Assembly: GCA_020851415.1 (NCBI GenBank)
Contig: JADZCU010000030.1
Location: forward strand, 4,770 to 68,769
From: Candidatus Peregrinibacteria bacterium
GTDB taxonomy: Bacteria > Patescibacteriota > Gracilibacteria > UBA1369
Length of the DNA stretch: 64,000 bases
Direction of reading: 5' to 3'
A program made the translations under genes and the position numbers. Shown here piece after piece: positions 36,112-45,726 of the stretch (position 1 is the stretch's first letter; every line of letters begins with the position of its first letter). The notes beneath the pieces were generated by a model, which saw only the letters and a program-made list of their open reading frames with translations, had not been told where the DNA came from and ran no database searches.

Positions 36112-37074
36112 ATGTCTATGTCGGAAGGTACTAAAGATGATCAATTCGGCTTTTCAGATCTGAATGAAGCTCAACATGAACAACGGTTTGATGATGGGTT
36201 GATTGATGATGATATGACTCTGGTTGGTTTATTGCCACCGGCGGAAGAGGATCATTCGGGTATTGTTACCCTTTCTTCTCTTGAAATGGCGCGACGTGCG
36301 GAAGAGGAGAAAATCTTAAAGGAAAAAGAGGATGCGGAAATGGCTGCTTTTATTAAGGAGCAAAAGGCACTGCATGATCTCTATACCCGCCTTTTAGAAA
36401 CTACGAATTTGTTTACGGAGCCTTTGGTGGTTCGAAAGAAAGATGCTGAATCTGTTGCTACGGTTACATCTCCCGAGCAGACAGAGTCTCCGAACGAGAC
36501 CGATGTTTTGGCGAATTCTGACAATTTACGATTGTGGCTGAGCGTTTTTATGAATCAGGCAAAGGAGACTTTGCTTGAGAGCCAAATTTCTGCTCGTAGT
36601 AACTTGGTGAAATTGATTGACGGTCTTGCGTTGGAGTTTGATACGATTCTTACTTTTGGCTGGCGTCATAACACATTAGATTCAGAAATTGTGAAAACCA
36701 AACTTGGTAATTTAACCCGTGTGCTTACCAATTTGAGTACGGCAATTTTGACGCATAGAAACGAGCATATGAAATGGGAAGAGTTTGACGCTTATATCCC
36801 AGAGCTTCTTGGGGTTGTATCTGTTGATTTTCATGATCTTACCGATTTGGAGCTCGAGCTTGCCTCTGGAAGCACTCATGACGAAATCATGGCCGCTCTG
36901 CCGGAAGTGAAAGCTAAAATGGATAACCCGGCTCCACACAAACAGGCGAAACTTGATAAGTATGCTGAAGGTGGATTGAGTGTTTATGGGATCAACGAAG
37001 AAAAAGCTGCATATTTGGAAATGCAAAAGGTTCTGCGTAAGTTGAAGCGTACTGGTCCTAAAAAAGTAGAGTAA
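36112..37074 (+). CDS. hypothetical acidic protein (320 aa)
   Basis: Long ORF with an Asp/Glu-rich N-terminal third. No motif recognised. Confidence 0.55.
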   Translation: MSMSEGTKDDQFGFSDLNEAQHEQRFDDGLIDDDMTLVGLLPPAEEDHSGIVTLSSLEMARRAEEEKILKEKEDAEMAAFIKEQKALHDLYTRLLETTNLFTEPLVVRKKDAESVATVTSPEQTESPNETDVLANSDNLRLWLSVFMNQAKETLLESQISARSNLVKLIDGLALEFDTILTFGWRHNTLDSEIVKTKLGNLTRVLTNLSTAILTHRNEHMKWEEFDAYIPELLGVVSVDFHDLTDLELELASGSTHDEIMAALPEVKAKMDNPAPHKQAKLDKYAEGGLSVYGINEEKAAYLEMQKVLRKLKRTGPKKVE

Positions 37075-37078
37075 GTTT

Positions 37079-38353
37079 CTAGCGACGTTTCTTGGTAACG
37101 GGACGGCGCGATACTTTTCTTACAACTTTACTTCCACCATTGGATAAAGGTTTTTTCGCAGGTGTAGCCTTTTCAAAAATAATTTCAACTCCCGGAAGTT
37201 TGTTTCCTTCAAGGAACTCCAGCATAGCACCGCCGCCTGTTGAAACGTGAGTAAAGCTTTTTTCGCTGATGCCAAAGTGCTTGAGAGCGTCTACGGTGTC
37301 TCCACCGCCGATGATAGTTTTACATTTTTTGGCCTTGGCCAGAGTTTGGGCAATAATTTTTGTTCCCATGCCAAAAGGTTTTTTTTCAAACAGTCCAATT
37401 GGGCCATTCCAAACTATGGTTTTAGATTTTTTTATGGCATCGACGAACTTTACCAGGGTCTTTGTTCCGACATCGAGAATTTTCATATCACCCATGACAT
37501 CTTCCACAGGAAGATCAAGAGTTTTGGCCGTGTCGGAAATTTCATCAGCAACGATTGCGTCGGTTGGAATGATGAATTTGTCCTGGAGGACTTCTGCTGC
37601 GAGCATGATTTCCTGCGCTACCGGAACTTTATCTTTTTCATAAAGAGATTGACCAATGTCGTACCCTTCTGCGGCTAGGAATGTGTTGGCTAATCCACCG
37701 CCAATCAGGAAATAATCCGCAGTTGGTAAGAAATTAGTGATAAGTCCAATTTTGGTGTCGATCTTTGCTCCACCAATAATAATGGTTAATGGGTGGACGG
37801 TTTTTTTCATGAGTTCGGTAAGAGTTTTTACCTCTTTTTCCATGAGGAGTCCTGCGTATGCGGGAAGATACTTTGCTACGCCGTAGGTTGAGGCGTGAGC
37901 TCTATGTGCTGTTCCAAAGGAGTCTACTACATAGATGTCGGCTAAAGCGGCCAGTTTTTTTGAGAACTGCGCATCACATTTTTCTTCCTCCTTATAAAAA
38001 CGGGTATTTTCTAGAAAAACGATATCGCCCGGTTTCATTTGTGATACGGCTTTTACAACTTTAGGTCCTACGCATTCGTCCATTTTCAGAACCGGCTTTT
38101 TCAGGAGCTTACTCAGGTGTTTTGCCACTGAGTCCATTTTGAGATCTTTCACTTTTTTTCCATCAGGACGGCCGAGATGTGACATGATGACGATTTTTGC
38201 TTTCTTGCTGAGGAGATATTTAATAGTTGGGAGTGTCGCCAGAATACGACTGTCGTCCAGAATTTGGCCTTTTTCTACCGGTACATTGAAATCTACGCGA
38301 ATGAGGACACGTTTATTTGCTACCGGGGCTTTTTTGAGTGTGCGGATATTCAT
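37079..38353 (-). CDS. pgk: phosphoglycerate kinase with basic C-terminal extension
   Basis: 424 aa. RVDFNVP, SHLGRPDG, GGGDTV and GGGAMLEFLEG, followed by an extra tail ATPAKKPLSNGGSKVVRKVSRRPVTKKRR. Confidence 0.95.
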   Translation of the reverse strand: MNIRTLKKAPVANKRVLIRVDFNVPVEKGQILDDSRILATLPTIKYLLSKKAKIVIMSHLGRPDGKKVKDLKMDSVAKHLSKLLKKPVLKMDECVGPKVVKAVSQMKPGDIVFLENTRFYKEEEKCDAQFSKKLAALADIYVVDSFGTAHRAHASTYGVAKYLPAYAGLLMEKEVKTLTELMKKTVHPLTIIIGGAKIDTKIGLITNFLPTADYFLIGGGLANTFLAAEGYDIGQSLYEKDKVPVAQEIMLAAEVLQDKFIIPTDAIVADEISDTAKTLDLPVEDVMGDMKILDVGTKTLVKFVDAIKKSKTIVWNGPIGLFEKKPFGMGTKIIAQTLAKAKKCKTIIGGGDTVDALKHFGISEKSFTHVSTGGGAMLEFLEGNKLPGVEIIFEKATPAKKPLSNGGSKVVRKVSRRPVTKKRR

Positions 38354-38466
38354 GAGAATTGAGAATAAATTTGTTTTATATATTGTACCTTATTTGCTTC
38401 TTGAAGAAAACCTGATTATTGACTCAATTTGTTAAATGATTTATAATTATATTTACTGTTATTATC

Positions 38467-39036
38467 TTGTTTATGCCAGAAAATGGCGAAAAGCATTTAG
38501 ATGCAAGAGAAGGATTGCCTGAACATTTATGTTTTGAGGATGGGTTAGTAGAAGCGGTTGATCGTGTGCAACAGTTGCTGGCTACTCAGGATGTTGTTGT
38601 AGTTGGCCTTGATGGGTCTGATGTGAATGTTGGGAAATCAACACTCTTAACAGAACTTTCTTTACGATTGGATAGACTTCGTATTCCGGTAACAACGGCT
38701 TCGTTTACTGAGGGGATTCCGGACGTGGCTAGTGTTTTGAAATTAAAGCAGGAGGTTTACAATACAAATAAATCGGTTTTTATTATTGAACATACAGGTC
38801 TGGGGATTTTTCTTACTGAACGTGCTCTCAAAATGTTGAAGGCAAATCGAAATGCTGAACTTGAAAAAGCCATGCAAATAATTGGTATTCAAAAGTCTCA
38901 AATTGATTTGTTTGTTTCTATTTACGCACCAAAAAGACCTTTTGTAAGAGCAAATGATCCGAGTTCGTATCCGCTTGGTGATATTGTTATTTGTAATGAA
39001 AAGGCTGTTGATAAGCCACGTGCGCCCACTCGCTAA
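38467..39036 (+). CDS. hypothetical protein with degenerate P-loop-like segment
   Basis: 189 aa. VVVGLDGSDVNVGKSTLL resembles a Walker A motif, but the spacing is one residue too long for GxxxxGK[ST]. Confidence 0.45.
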   Translation: MFMPENGEKHLDAREGLPEHLCFEDGLVEAVDRVQQLLATQDVVVVGLDGSDVNVGKSTLLTELSLRLDRLRIPVTTASFTEGIPDVASVLKLKQEVYNTNKSVFIIEHTGLGIFLTERALKMLKANRNAELEKAMQIIGIQKSQIDLFVSIYAPKRPFVRANDPSSYPLGDIVICNEKAVDKPRAPTR

Positions 39037-39041
39037 AATTT

Positions 39042-39536
39042 TTATTTGCCGCGTTTTTTCGATTGTAGATCTTTTTTGAGGAGTGCCATTTCAACCGCGG
39101 TTTGTGCATATTCCTGGCCTTTGTTGAGTTTATTTTTTTGAACTCTCTCTACAGCCTGGTTTTCCGTGAATGCTGTAATGACTCCAAATACTACCGGTGT
39201 TTGTGTTTCCAGAGATACATTCATCAAACCCCGATGAGTTTCTGTACAAACATGATCGTAATGACTGGTGTCACCTTTGATAACTATGCCCAAAGCTATG
39301 ATGGCGTCAGGTTTCTGTTTTTTTGTTATAAGTTTTGCGGTGATCGGTAACTCCAGTGCCCCCGGGACGCGGGTAACCAGAATGTTTTTTGTTGGAACCT
39401 TAAGCTTGTTCAGTGTTTCCAGGGTATTTTGTAGAAGCGTGTTTCCCAGAGAATCGTTAAATCTGCTGAAAACAATGCTAATTTTCAGATCTTTTCCGTT
39501 AAGCTCTTTCTTGGAGCTGTCTTTGTTAATACGCAT
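39042..39536 (-). CDS. ribH: 6,7-dimethyl-8-ribityllumazine synthase
   Basis: 164 aa. ISIVFSRFNDSL, VPGALELP and GDTSHYDHV. Confidence 0.9.
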   Translation of the reverse strand: MRINKDSSKKELNGKDLKISIVFSRFNDSLGNTLLQNTLETLNKLKVPTKNILVTRVPGALELPITAKLITKKQKPDAIIALGIVIKGDTSHYDHVCTETHRGLMNVSLETQTPVVFGVITAFTENQAVERVQKNKLNKGQEYAQTAVEMALLKKDLQSKKRGK

Positions 39537-39550
39537 AAATAGCGAATATA

Positions 39551-40192
39551 TTAGATGAAATTTCTTTCTTTTAAATAACTATATTTAATCTCTTTTTCTT
39601 TTCCTTCAAGCAGGCGGTCTAGGTAACGGGCAATCAAATCGATTTCAATGTTCACGACTGATCCTTCTTTTAATAGTGAAAGATTCGTGTTGTTGATGGT
39701 TTCAGGTATTAAGGAAACTTCAAAATAATCGTCACCCAGATATGAAATAGTCAGACTTGTCCCATTGATTGTTACACTCCCTTTAAGTGCAAAATATCGT
39801 GATTGATCAATCGGGAAGTTGATTCCAAGAATTAAGGAATCCCCATCTTTTTGCATGGATTTTACTGTGCTGGTGAAATCCACATGCCCTTGAACCATGT
39901 GGCCGTCCAGCGTGTCGCCGATTTTTACCGGACTTTCCAGGTTTATCTTTGCGCCTTCAATGTAGGTATTGATAATGGTTTTTTTTAGAGATTCGGGAAT
40001 TGCTTCCACAGTAAACGTTTCAGGGGTGAGCACTGTCACAGTGAGACATGCACCATCTACGGCTATGGAGTCGCCGATTTTTTTTGGACTATTGCTGAGA
40101 ATTTTTGGAGCATGGATTGTTAATCTGCTGAGTCCTTCCAGTTTTTCAATTTTTTGGATTGTGCCGAGTTCCTGAATAATTCCGGTGAACAT
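39551..40192 (-). CDS. ribE: riboflavin synthase alpha chain
   Basis: 213 aa. MFTGIIQELGTI, with the internal duplication (GDSIAVDGACLTV / GSVTINGTSLTI). Confidence 0.9.
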   Translation of the reverse strand: MFTGIIQELGTIQKIEKLEGLSRLTIHAPKILSNSPKKIGDSIAVDGACLTVTVLTPETFTVEAIPESLKKTIINTYIEGAKINLESPVKIGDTLDGHMVQGHVDFTSTVKSMQKDGDSLILGINFPIDQSRYFALKGSVTINGTSLTISYLGDDYFEVSLIPETINNTNLSLLKEGSVVNIEIDLIARYLDRLLEGKEKEIKYSYLKERNFI

Positions 40193-40366
40193 ACATTTGA
40201 GCTGTTAGTGCCCTAAAGTTTTACTCCATGGGTTTTGGAATGTCAATGGCTTATTAGAGCCAAAAATAGCTTGTGTAATTTATGCATCCAGAAGTGTGGA
40301 TGTCATTAAAAATAATTTAGAACCATGGGCTATTTTGCAGTTACGTATTTCTTAACCAATTTTGAT

Positions 40367-40756
40367 ATGCGTAGTTTAAACCGTGTTGCCCTGATGGGGC
40401 ATTTAGCAGCCGACCCAGAAGTGAAGATCACTTCGGGCGGTAACTCTCTTACTCGTTTCCGTCTGGCCACCAATCGTGACTGGAAAAACTCTGACGGTGA
40501 ACGTCATGAGGAAACCGATTATCACCGTATTGTAGCCTGGCGTAAGCTGGCTGAGATTTGCGGGAAGCACTTGAGAAAAGGGGCGGGCATTTATCTTGAA
40601 GGCAAGCTTACCAATCATAAGTATCAGTCTGCGGATGGTACAGAACGTATTGCAACAGAGATTGTTGCAGATGTTGTAAACTTTATTTCGCTCAAAAAAA
40701 GTGCTGACAGCAATCAAGATGAGGTAACACTCATTGAGGTACAACCGGAACAATAA
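40367..40756 (+). CDS. ssb: single-stranded DNA-binding protein
   Basis: MRSLNRVALMGHLAADPEV and DYHRIVAWRKLAE form an OB-fold. I prefer the ATG at 40367 over the track start at 40325. Confidence 0.9.
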   Translation: MRSLNRVALMGHLAADPEVKITSGGNSLTRFRLATNRDWKNSDGERHEETDYHRIVAWRKLAEICGKHLRKGAGIYLEGKLTNHKYQSADGTERIATEIVADVVNFISLKKSADSNQDEVTLIEVQPEQ

Positions 40757-40787
40757 AATCTGATTTTTGTACGTTATCATACTTTCA

Positions 40788-40822
40788 CCCCGCATAAGTT
40801 GTTGCTTGTGCGGGGGCATTTT
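40788..40822 (+). terminator. rho-independent terminator/attenuator after ssb
   Basis: CCCCGCATAAG (40788-40798), loop TTGTTG, CTTGTGCGGGG (40805-40815). This is an 11-bp stem with one G-U pair, followed by GCATTTT. Confidence 0.6.
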
Positions 40823-40840
40823 GAGTACAATCTAGGTGAT

Positions 40841-41764
40841 ATGCAAATGAGTGTAGTTATTCCGACTTTCAACCGTTCCAGAATCCTGAGGGATTGTCTG
40901 GAGGCTTTGGAAAATCAGGATTTGCCTGCGAAAAACTTTGAAGTGATTGTTGTTGATGATGGAAGTAAGGATACGACTAAAGCTGTTGTTGCATCTTTTG
41001 CTAAAAGAAAACAGAACTTTATTTATCTTCATCAGCAAAATCAGGGACAGGGGATTGCCCGTAACTATGGAGTTCAAAAGGCGCGTGGTGAAATTGTTGT
41101 TTTGATTGGTGACGATATCATTGTCGCACCGAATTTTCTTACTGAGCATTTGCGTTTTCATTTGCGCAACCCACAAGAAAACCAGGCAGTTCTTGGTTTT
41201 ACCGCCTGGCATCCGAAACTCACACTTACTCCCTACATGAACTGGCTTACGAACGGATCATCGGTAATGGGGAAATTTGGGGGGCATCAGTTTGCCTATG
41301 AGAAACTTAAAGGAAAAATTGAGGCGGATTATAATTTTTTTTATACATCCAATATTTCGCTCAAAAAAACTCTGCTTGAGAAATTTCCGTTCGACCCTGA
41401 ATTTTCAAAATATGGTTGGGAAGATATAGAGCTGGGTTACAGACTGCATAAACGCGTAGGACTTAAACTTTACTATAATGCTCAGGCGGTTGGTTATCAT
41501 GACCATGCCATGACGGAAGACAGTTTATCCGGGCGCATGAAGGCGATTGGTGCTTCGGCTCACGTTTTTCATAAAAAATATCCGGAGCTTCAGAAAGTTC
41601 CACCGCTTTCCAAGCAGTTTGTGTTTTGGTTACTTTCAAATCCGGTCAGTATTTTTGTACTGAAATTTTTGCGTAATTTGTCTCAGGGAAAGTGGACAGC
41701 TCTTTATTACTACGCTCTTTCCAAAAAGTACTTTTTGGAAGGTTTGTATTCGCAGGGGAAATAG
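40841..41764 (+). CDS. family-2 glycosyltransferase
   Basis: MSVVIPTFNRS and VVDDGSKD, plus a later DD motif (IGDDIIV). I prefer the ATG at 40841 over the TTG at 40799. Confidence 0.85.
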   Translation: MQMSVVIPTFNRSRILRDCLEALENQDLPAKNFEVIVVDDGSKDTTKAVVASFAKRKQNFIYLHQQNQGQGIARNYGVQKARGEIVVLIGDDIIVAPNFLTEHLRFHLRNPQENQAVLGFTAWHPKLTLTPYMNWLTNGSSVMGKFGGHQFAYEKLKGKIEADYNFFYTSNISLKKTLLEKFPFDPEFSKYGWEDIELGYRLHKRVGLKLYYNAQAVGYHDHAMTEDSLSGRMKAIGASAHVFHKKYPELQKVPPLSKQFVFWLLSNPVSIFVLKFLRNLSQGKWTALYYYALSKKYFLEGLYSQGK

Positions 41765-41878
41765 CTGGCCAGCGTGTCTAATAATTTTCCTGCTTCACTT
41801 TCGGGCGTTTTTTTTCTATACTGATGAAAGTTTCATCTGACTTGCATGCGAAATACTCAAAATAAATTCTCAATAAAC

Positions 41879-43330
41879 ATGAAATTTGTAGCCACAGCCC
41901 TGTTGGGTGTGATTTTAACGTCACTTCTTTCAGGTTGTATTGCCAAGGAGCAACCGCAGAAAATAGAGAAGGCGGAAAACATTACTTTGGTTTACTACAA
42001 GCTTTTTGACGATGAAGATGTTATGCGTCCGATTATTCAACAGTATCAGGCGTCACATACGAATGTTGATATTATTTATAAAAAATTTACGGATCCTGTT
42101 GAGTACGAGAATTTGATTATAAATGAGTTGGCCGAGGGAGAAGGTCCGGATATTTTCTCAATGCCAAATTCCTGGTTTTTGAGAAACACCAGAAAGGTTT
42201 CACCAATGCCGGCTGAAGCCATGCAGATTTCTGATTTTGACGAAACATTTGTAACTGTTGCGCAGAACGATTTAATTCTTCGTGATCCTGCCGACGGTCA
42301 GGATAAAATTTTTGGTATTCCGTTTAGTGTTGATACTTTGGCTTTGTATTTCAATAAATCCCAATACAACGACAAAATACCTTCACAGGGGAGACCTGCG
42401 GCAACGTGGGAGGGTTTGAAAGAGGATGTTTATAAACTGACCAAAAAAGATAACAGTTTTGAGCGTTTTGAAGTTGCTGGTGTGGCCATGGGCAGGTCAG
42501 ACAACGTTGCCCGTGCTATCGATATTTTATATATGCTGATGTTGCAGTATAACGTTGATTTTTATAACGCCAATTATTCTCAGGCGCAATTCACGAAGCA
42601 GAAAGCGGTTAGCACCACGGGTATTGGTTTGAACCCGGCGGCGGAAGCTTTGAAACTGTACTCAAGTTTTGCTCTTCCTACGAATAAAAATTATTCCTGG
42701 AATGCATATCTTTCTGATTCTAAATCTGCGGTTAAGGAGATGGACACTTTTGCCCGGGGAAAGGTCAGTATGATTTTTGGATATTCATATTTATATGATC
42801 AGATAGTGGCGCAGGTTACTGATTTAAAAGATAAAGGTGTCAGCACTATCGATACGAAAGATATTGGAGTTTCGATTGTCCCACAGGTGAACGATCCAAA
42901 AACTTCTACCGAAAAGCGTGTCGCTTTTGCTAACTACTATGCGGAAACCGTGAGCCGTACTTCAAAAAATCCTGCGGCGGCATGGGATTTTCTCCTCTTT
43001 GCTTCTTCAAAAGAGAACCTTCAGTATTATAATGAAAAAACACACAGGCCAACCAGTCGTCGTGACATGATTGAAGATCAAATGAAGGATCCTATCTATG
43101 GAGTTTTTGCTGAACAGATTGGATTTGCCGAAAGTCTGCAGGTTTATGATGCGGCTCGTTACCAATTGATTTTTAGTCAGGCCATAGATTCTGTTCTGGC
43201 CACTGTTGCACCAACGGAAGCCATGCGAACAGCGGAAGGTCAAATTAACACTTTGTTACCTAAAGACGGATTGATTCCGCCAGCGCCAAAGGAAACTTCT
43301 TCAACCGATTCAAAGACCACACAACAGTAG
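41879..43330 (+). CDS. extracellular solute-binding lipoprotein (ABC family 1, sugar type)
   Basis: Signal peptide with lipobox LLSGC. Overall family-1 SBP pattern (GPDIFSMPNSW). No permease or ATPase gene is adjacent. I prefer the ATG at 41879. Confidence 0.75.
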   Translation: MKFVATALLGVILTSLLSGCIAKEQPQKIEKAENITLVYYKLFDDEDVMRPIIQQYQASHTNVDIIYKKFTDPVEYENLIINELAEGEGPDIFSMPNSWFLRNTRKVSPMPAEAMQISDFDETFVTVAQNDLILRDPADGQDKIFGIPFSVDTLALYFNKSQYNDKIPSQGRPAATWEGLKEDVYKLTKKDNSFERFEVAGVAMGRSDNVARAIDILYMLMLQYNVDFYNANYSQAQFTKQKAVSTTGIGLNPAAEALKLYSSFALPTNKNYSWNAYLSDSKSAVKEMDTFARGKVSMIFGYSYLYDQIVAQVTDLKDKGVSTIDTKDIGVSIVPQVNDPKTSTEKRVAFANYYAETVSRTSKNPAAAWDFLLFASSKENLQYYNEKTHRPTSRRDMIEDQMKDPIYGVFAEQIGFAESLQVYDAARYQLIFSQAIDSVLATVAPTEAMRTAEGQINTLLPKDGLIPPAPKETSSTDSKTTQQ

Positions 43331-43334
43331 TTTT

Positions 43335-44705
43335 ATGAAAAGTTTCTCATTGCATGCATATATTGCGTGGTTCAAGCGTGAACCATTGAAAAATGCTGCA
43401 AAGTTACTTTTGTTGCTTTCGATTTTTTGTTTTCCTTTTCAAATTCGGACGTTAATTTTTTCACCGGATCTTTTTTTGAGTGGAAATTTTAATCCTTTTA
43501 CTGCTGTTTTTCTTTCTTTCAACAACCTGATTGTTCTTTTGGCAGGTCTTTTATACGGTTTTTGGATTTTAAAAAAAAGATTGTTTCTCAAAAAAAATGA
43601 GAGGGATTTTTTTTGGTGGTGGGGTGCTTTTGGAGCAGTGATACTCCTGGTATCTTTTTGGTCATTTAACTCGCAGGTGCATTGGTATACCGCTCTGCAT
43701 TGGGGTATTATTTTTGTCTGGTTTATTTTGTTGGTAAGTGATTTGTTGTCATGGAGAGTGAAGCTTCAATGTTTTATTGGTTCAATGGTTTTTCAGTCTG
43801 TAATTGGGTTTGCTCAGTTAGCGCTTCAGTCATCTGTTGGACTTGGAAAATTGGGTGAACCTTTAATGAACTCAAATGTCCCGGGCATTGCGAAAATTGA
43901 TTGGCAGGGGCTTAAATTTATCCGGCCTTACGGAACGTTTCCGCATACGAATGTTTTGGCCGGGTCTATTGTTTTTGCTCTATTTGCCTGTATGTATCTG
44001 TATCAGAAATCGCTTAAATCTATTCTGATCTGTACTTTATTTTTTGGCTCTGCGCTTATTCTTACTTTTTCCCGTAGCGCCTGGTTGGGCTTTTTAATAG
44101 CGCTTATTTTTAGTTTGGTGTTTACCCGGGTAAGGCATAAATTGGTGGTATTTGCTTCATTGGTTTTTGTGTTTTGTGGGATTTTGTTTACTCAATTTCA
44201 GGGGCCGCTGGTTCAGCGTATTTTGGGAAACGACGGACAGTCATCGCTAGAGAGGGAACTCTATATGAACATCAGCAAAGAGATGATCTTGCAGCATCCG
44301 TTGGGTGTGGGACTCGGAAATTTTACCTTGATGATGCAGGATTTTACTCAACAAAAATTGGCTCCATGGGTTATTCAGCCAGTGCATAACGTCTATATGC
44401 TGGCGATGAATGAACTGGGCGTTCAGGGTCTTGTGCTATTTCTTTTGATGGCGGGAAATTTTGTTTTTATAGTTATTCATGAGCGAAAAGATCATCAACT
44501 TGAGAGTAGCGGCGCACTTTCAAAAAAAGGGCTAAACTTTAGTATAACCTCATTAAAAATTGCTCTCTTGTTTACTTTCCTGGTGATCGGTCTTTTTGAC
44601 CATTACTTTTTTACGTTGGAGCAGGGGCAGTTTCTGTTTATTTTTCTGATGGCTTTTCTTTGTTACACTGAGAAAAAGGATGCGTTGCCGCGCATGAAGT
44701 CCTGA
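43335..44705 (+). CDS. O-antigen-ligase-like (Wzy_C) polytopic membrane protein
   Basis: 456 aa with at least 10 hydrophobic helices. The TFSRSAWLGFLIALIF block is typical of the Wzy_C/RfaL domain. Confidence 0.7.
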   Translation: MKSFSLHAYIAWFKREPLKNAAKLLLLLSIFCFPFQIRTLIFSPDLFLSGNFNPFTAVFLSFNNLIVLLAGLLYGFWILKKRLFLKKNERDFFWWWGAFGAVILLVSFWSFNSQVHWYTALHWGIIFVWFILLVSDLLSWRVKLQCFIGSMVFQSVIGFAQLALQSSVGLGKLGEPLMNSNVPGIAKIDWQGLKFIRPYGTFPHTNVLAGSIVFALFACMYLYQKSLKSILICTLFFGSALILTFSRSAWLGFLIALIFSLVFTRVRHKLVVFASLVFVFCGILFTQFQGPLVQRILGNDGQSSLERELYMNISKEMILQHPLGVGLGNFTLMMQDFTQQKLAPWVIQPVHNVYMLAMNELGVQGLVLFLLMAGNFVFIVIHERKDHQLESSGALSKKGLNFSITSLKIALLFTFLVIGLFDHYFFTLEQGQFLFIFLMAFLCYTEKKDALPRMKS

Positions 44706-45613
44706 ATTGATGTGGCGTTTTTCCCTTCCAACTGGACTTTTTGAAGCCAAAGAGCACCCTTTTGGGTTTGAATTCCAAGGGTTGGTTTTCCCTGATCGTC
44801 TTTGCCGCCCAAAATATCGCCCGGTTTTGCTGCGTTGCTGGTGGGATCTGCTACAGCTTCCAATACCCTGAGTCTTTTATCTTTCACTAGTAGGTAGCAT
44901 GATGGCCATGGTGTATAAGCGCGTATTTTATTGATGATTTGCTCGGCACTTTCTTTATACACATCTATTAGCCCATCTTCCTTGCGAATTTTGTGACAGA
45001 ATGTGGCGTTTGTATGATTTTGGGGAATGGCGCTGATTGTTTCATCAACCAGATTTCTGAGTAAATCAGGGAAGAGGATTGCCCCAAGAGCACTTAACTT
45101 TTGACGTAATGTGACAGATGTGTCCGTAGGTTCGATGATCTGCCTTTGAATCAATAATATGTCTCCGGCGTCCAACTCGGGCGTCATCTTTATAAATGTA
45201 ATCCCTGTTTGGGTATCTCCATGAAGCAATGCTTCTTCCACCGGGGACGCACCCCTATATTGCGGAAGTAAAGATCCGTGCAGGTTTACGCATCCATATT
45301 TGGGTATATCCAGAATCTCCTGTGGCAGGATTTTGCCATAAGCCACAACCGCAAATACATCTGCGTCCAGCCCTTTCAATAAATCTACTATTTCCTGGTT
45401 ATTGCGAAGGCTTTTTGGTTGGAGTACTGGAATCATGTCCAGTTCAGCCTGTTTTTTAACAGGAGGTGCTGTAAGTTCCTGCTTGCGTCCCACCGGCTTA
45501 TCTTCCTGGGTTACGACAGCTACAACCTCTATATCTTCCGCTTCTGTAAGCGCTGCCAGGGGAGGAACTGCGAACTCCGGGGTGCCAAAATAAACAACTT
45601 TGATCTTTTCCAT
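44663..45613 (-). CDS. fmt: methionyl-tRNA formyltransferase
   Basis: 316 aa. KVVYFGTPEFAVPPLAAL and NLHGSLLPQYRGASP. The 3' end overlaps the preceding convergent gene by 43 nt. Confidence 0.95.
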   Translation of the reverse strand: MEKIKVVYFGTPEFAVPPLAALTEAEDIEVVAVVTQEDKPVGRKQELTAPPVKKQAELDMIPVLQPKSLRNNQEIVDLLKGLDADVFAVVAYGKILPQEILDIPKYGCVNLHGSLLPQYRGASPVEEALLHGDTQTGITFIKMTPELDAGDILLIQRQIIEPTDTSVTLRQKLSALGAILFPDLLRNLVDETISAIPQNHTNATFCHKIRKEDGLIDVYKESAEQIINKIRAYTPWPSCYLLVKDKRLRVLEAVADPTSNAAKPGDILGGKDDQGKPTLGIQTQKGALWLQKVQLEGKNATSIQDFMRGNASFFSV

Positions 45614-45726
45614 GTGGTTATTGTATCAAAAACTCTTGCGAAATGGAAAATGGTCGTCTACAATCCGTATCTAATACGGTCAAATACACCCATCGCGGCG
45701 CGAACTCAATACAAAACAGCCTGCCG

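Noticed and set aside
40193-40366. Possible FMN (RFN) riboswitch upstream of ribE-ribH
   Set aside because: The spacer is only about 170 nt and is shared with the ssb promoter. On the minus strand I find none of the conserved RFN blocks (e.g. the GGUGAAAUUCC-type segment), only a 6-bp hairpin CATCCA/TGGATG at 40285-40302.
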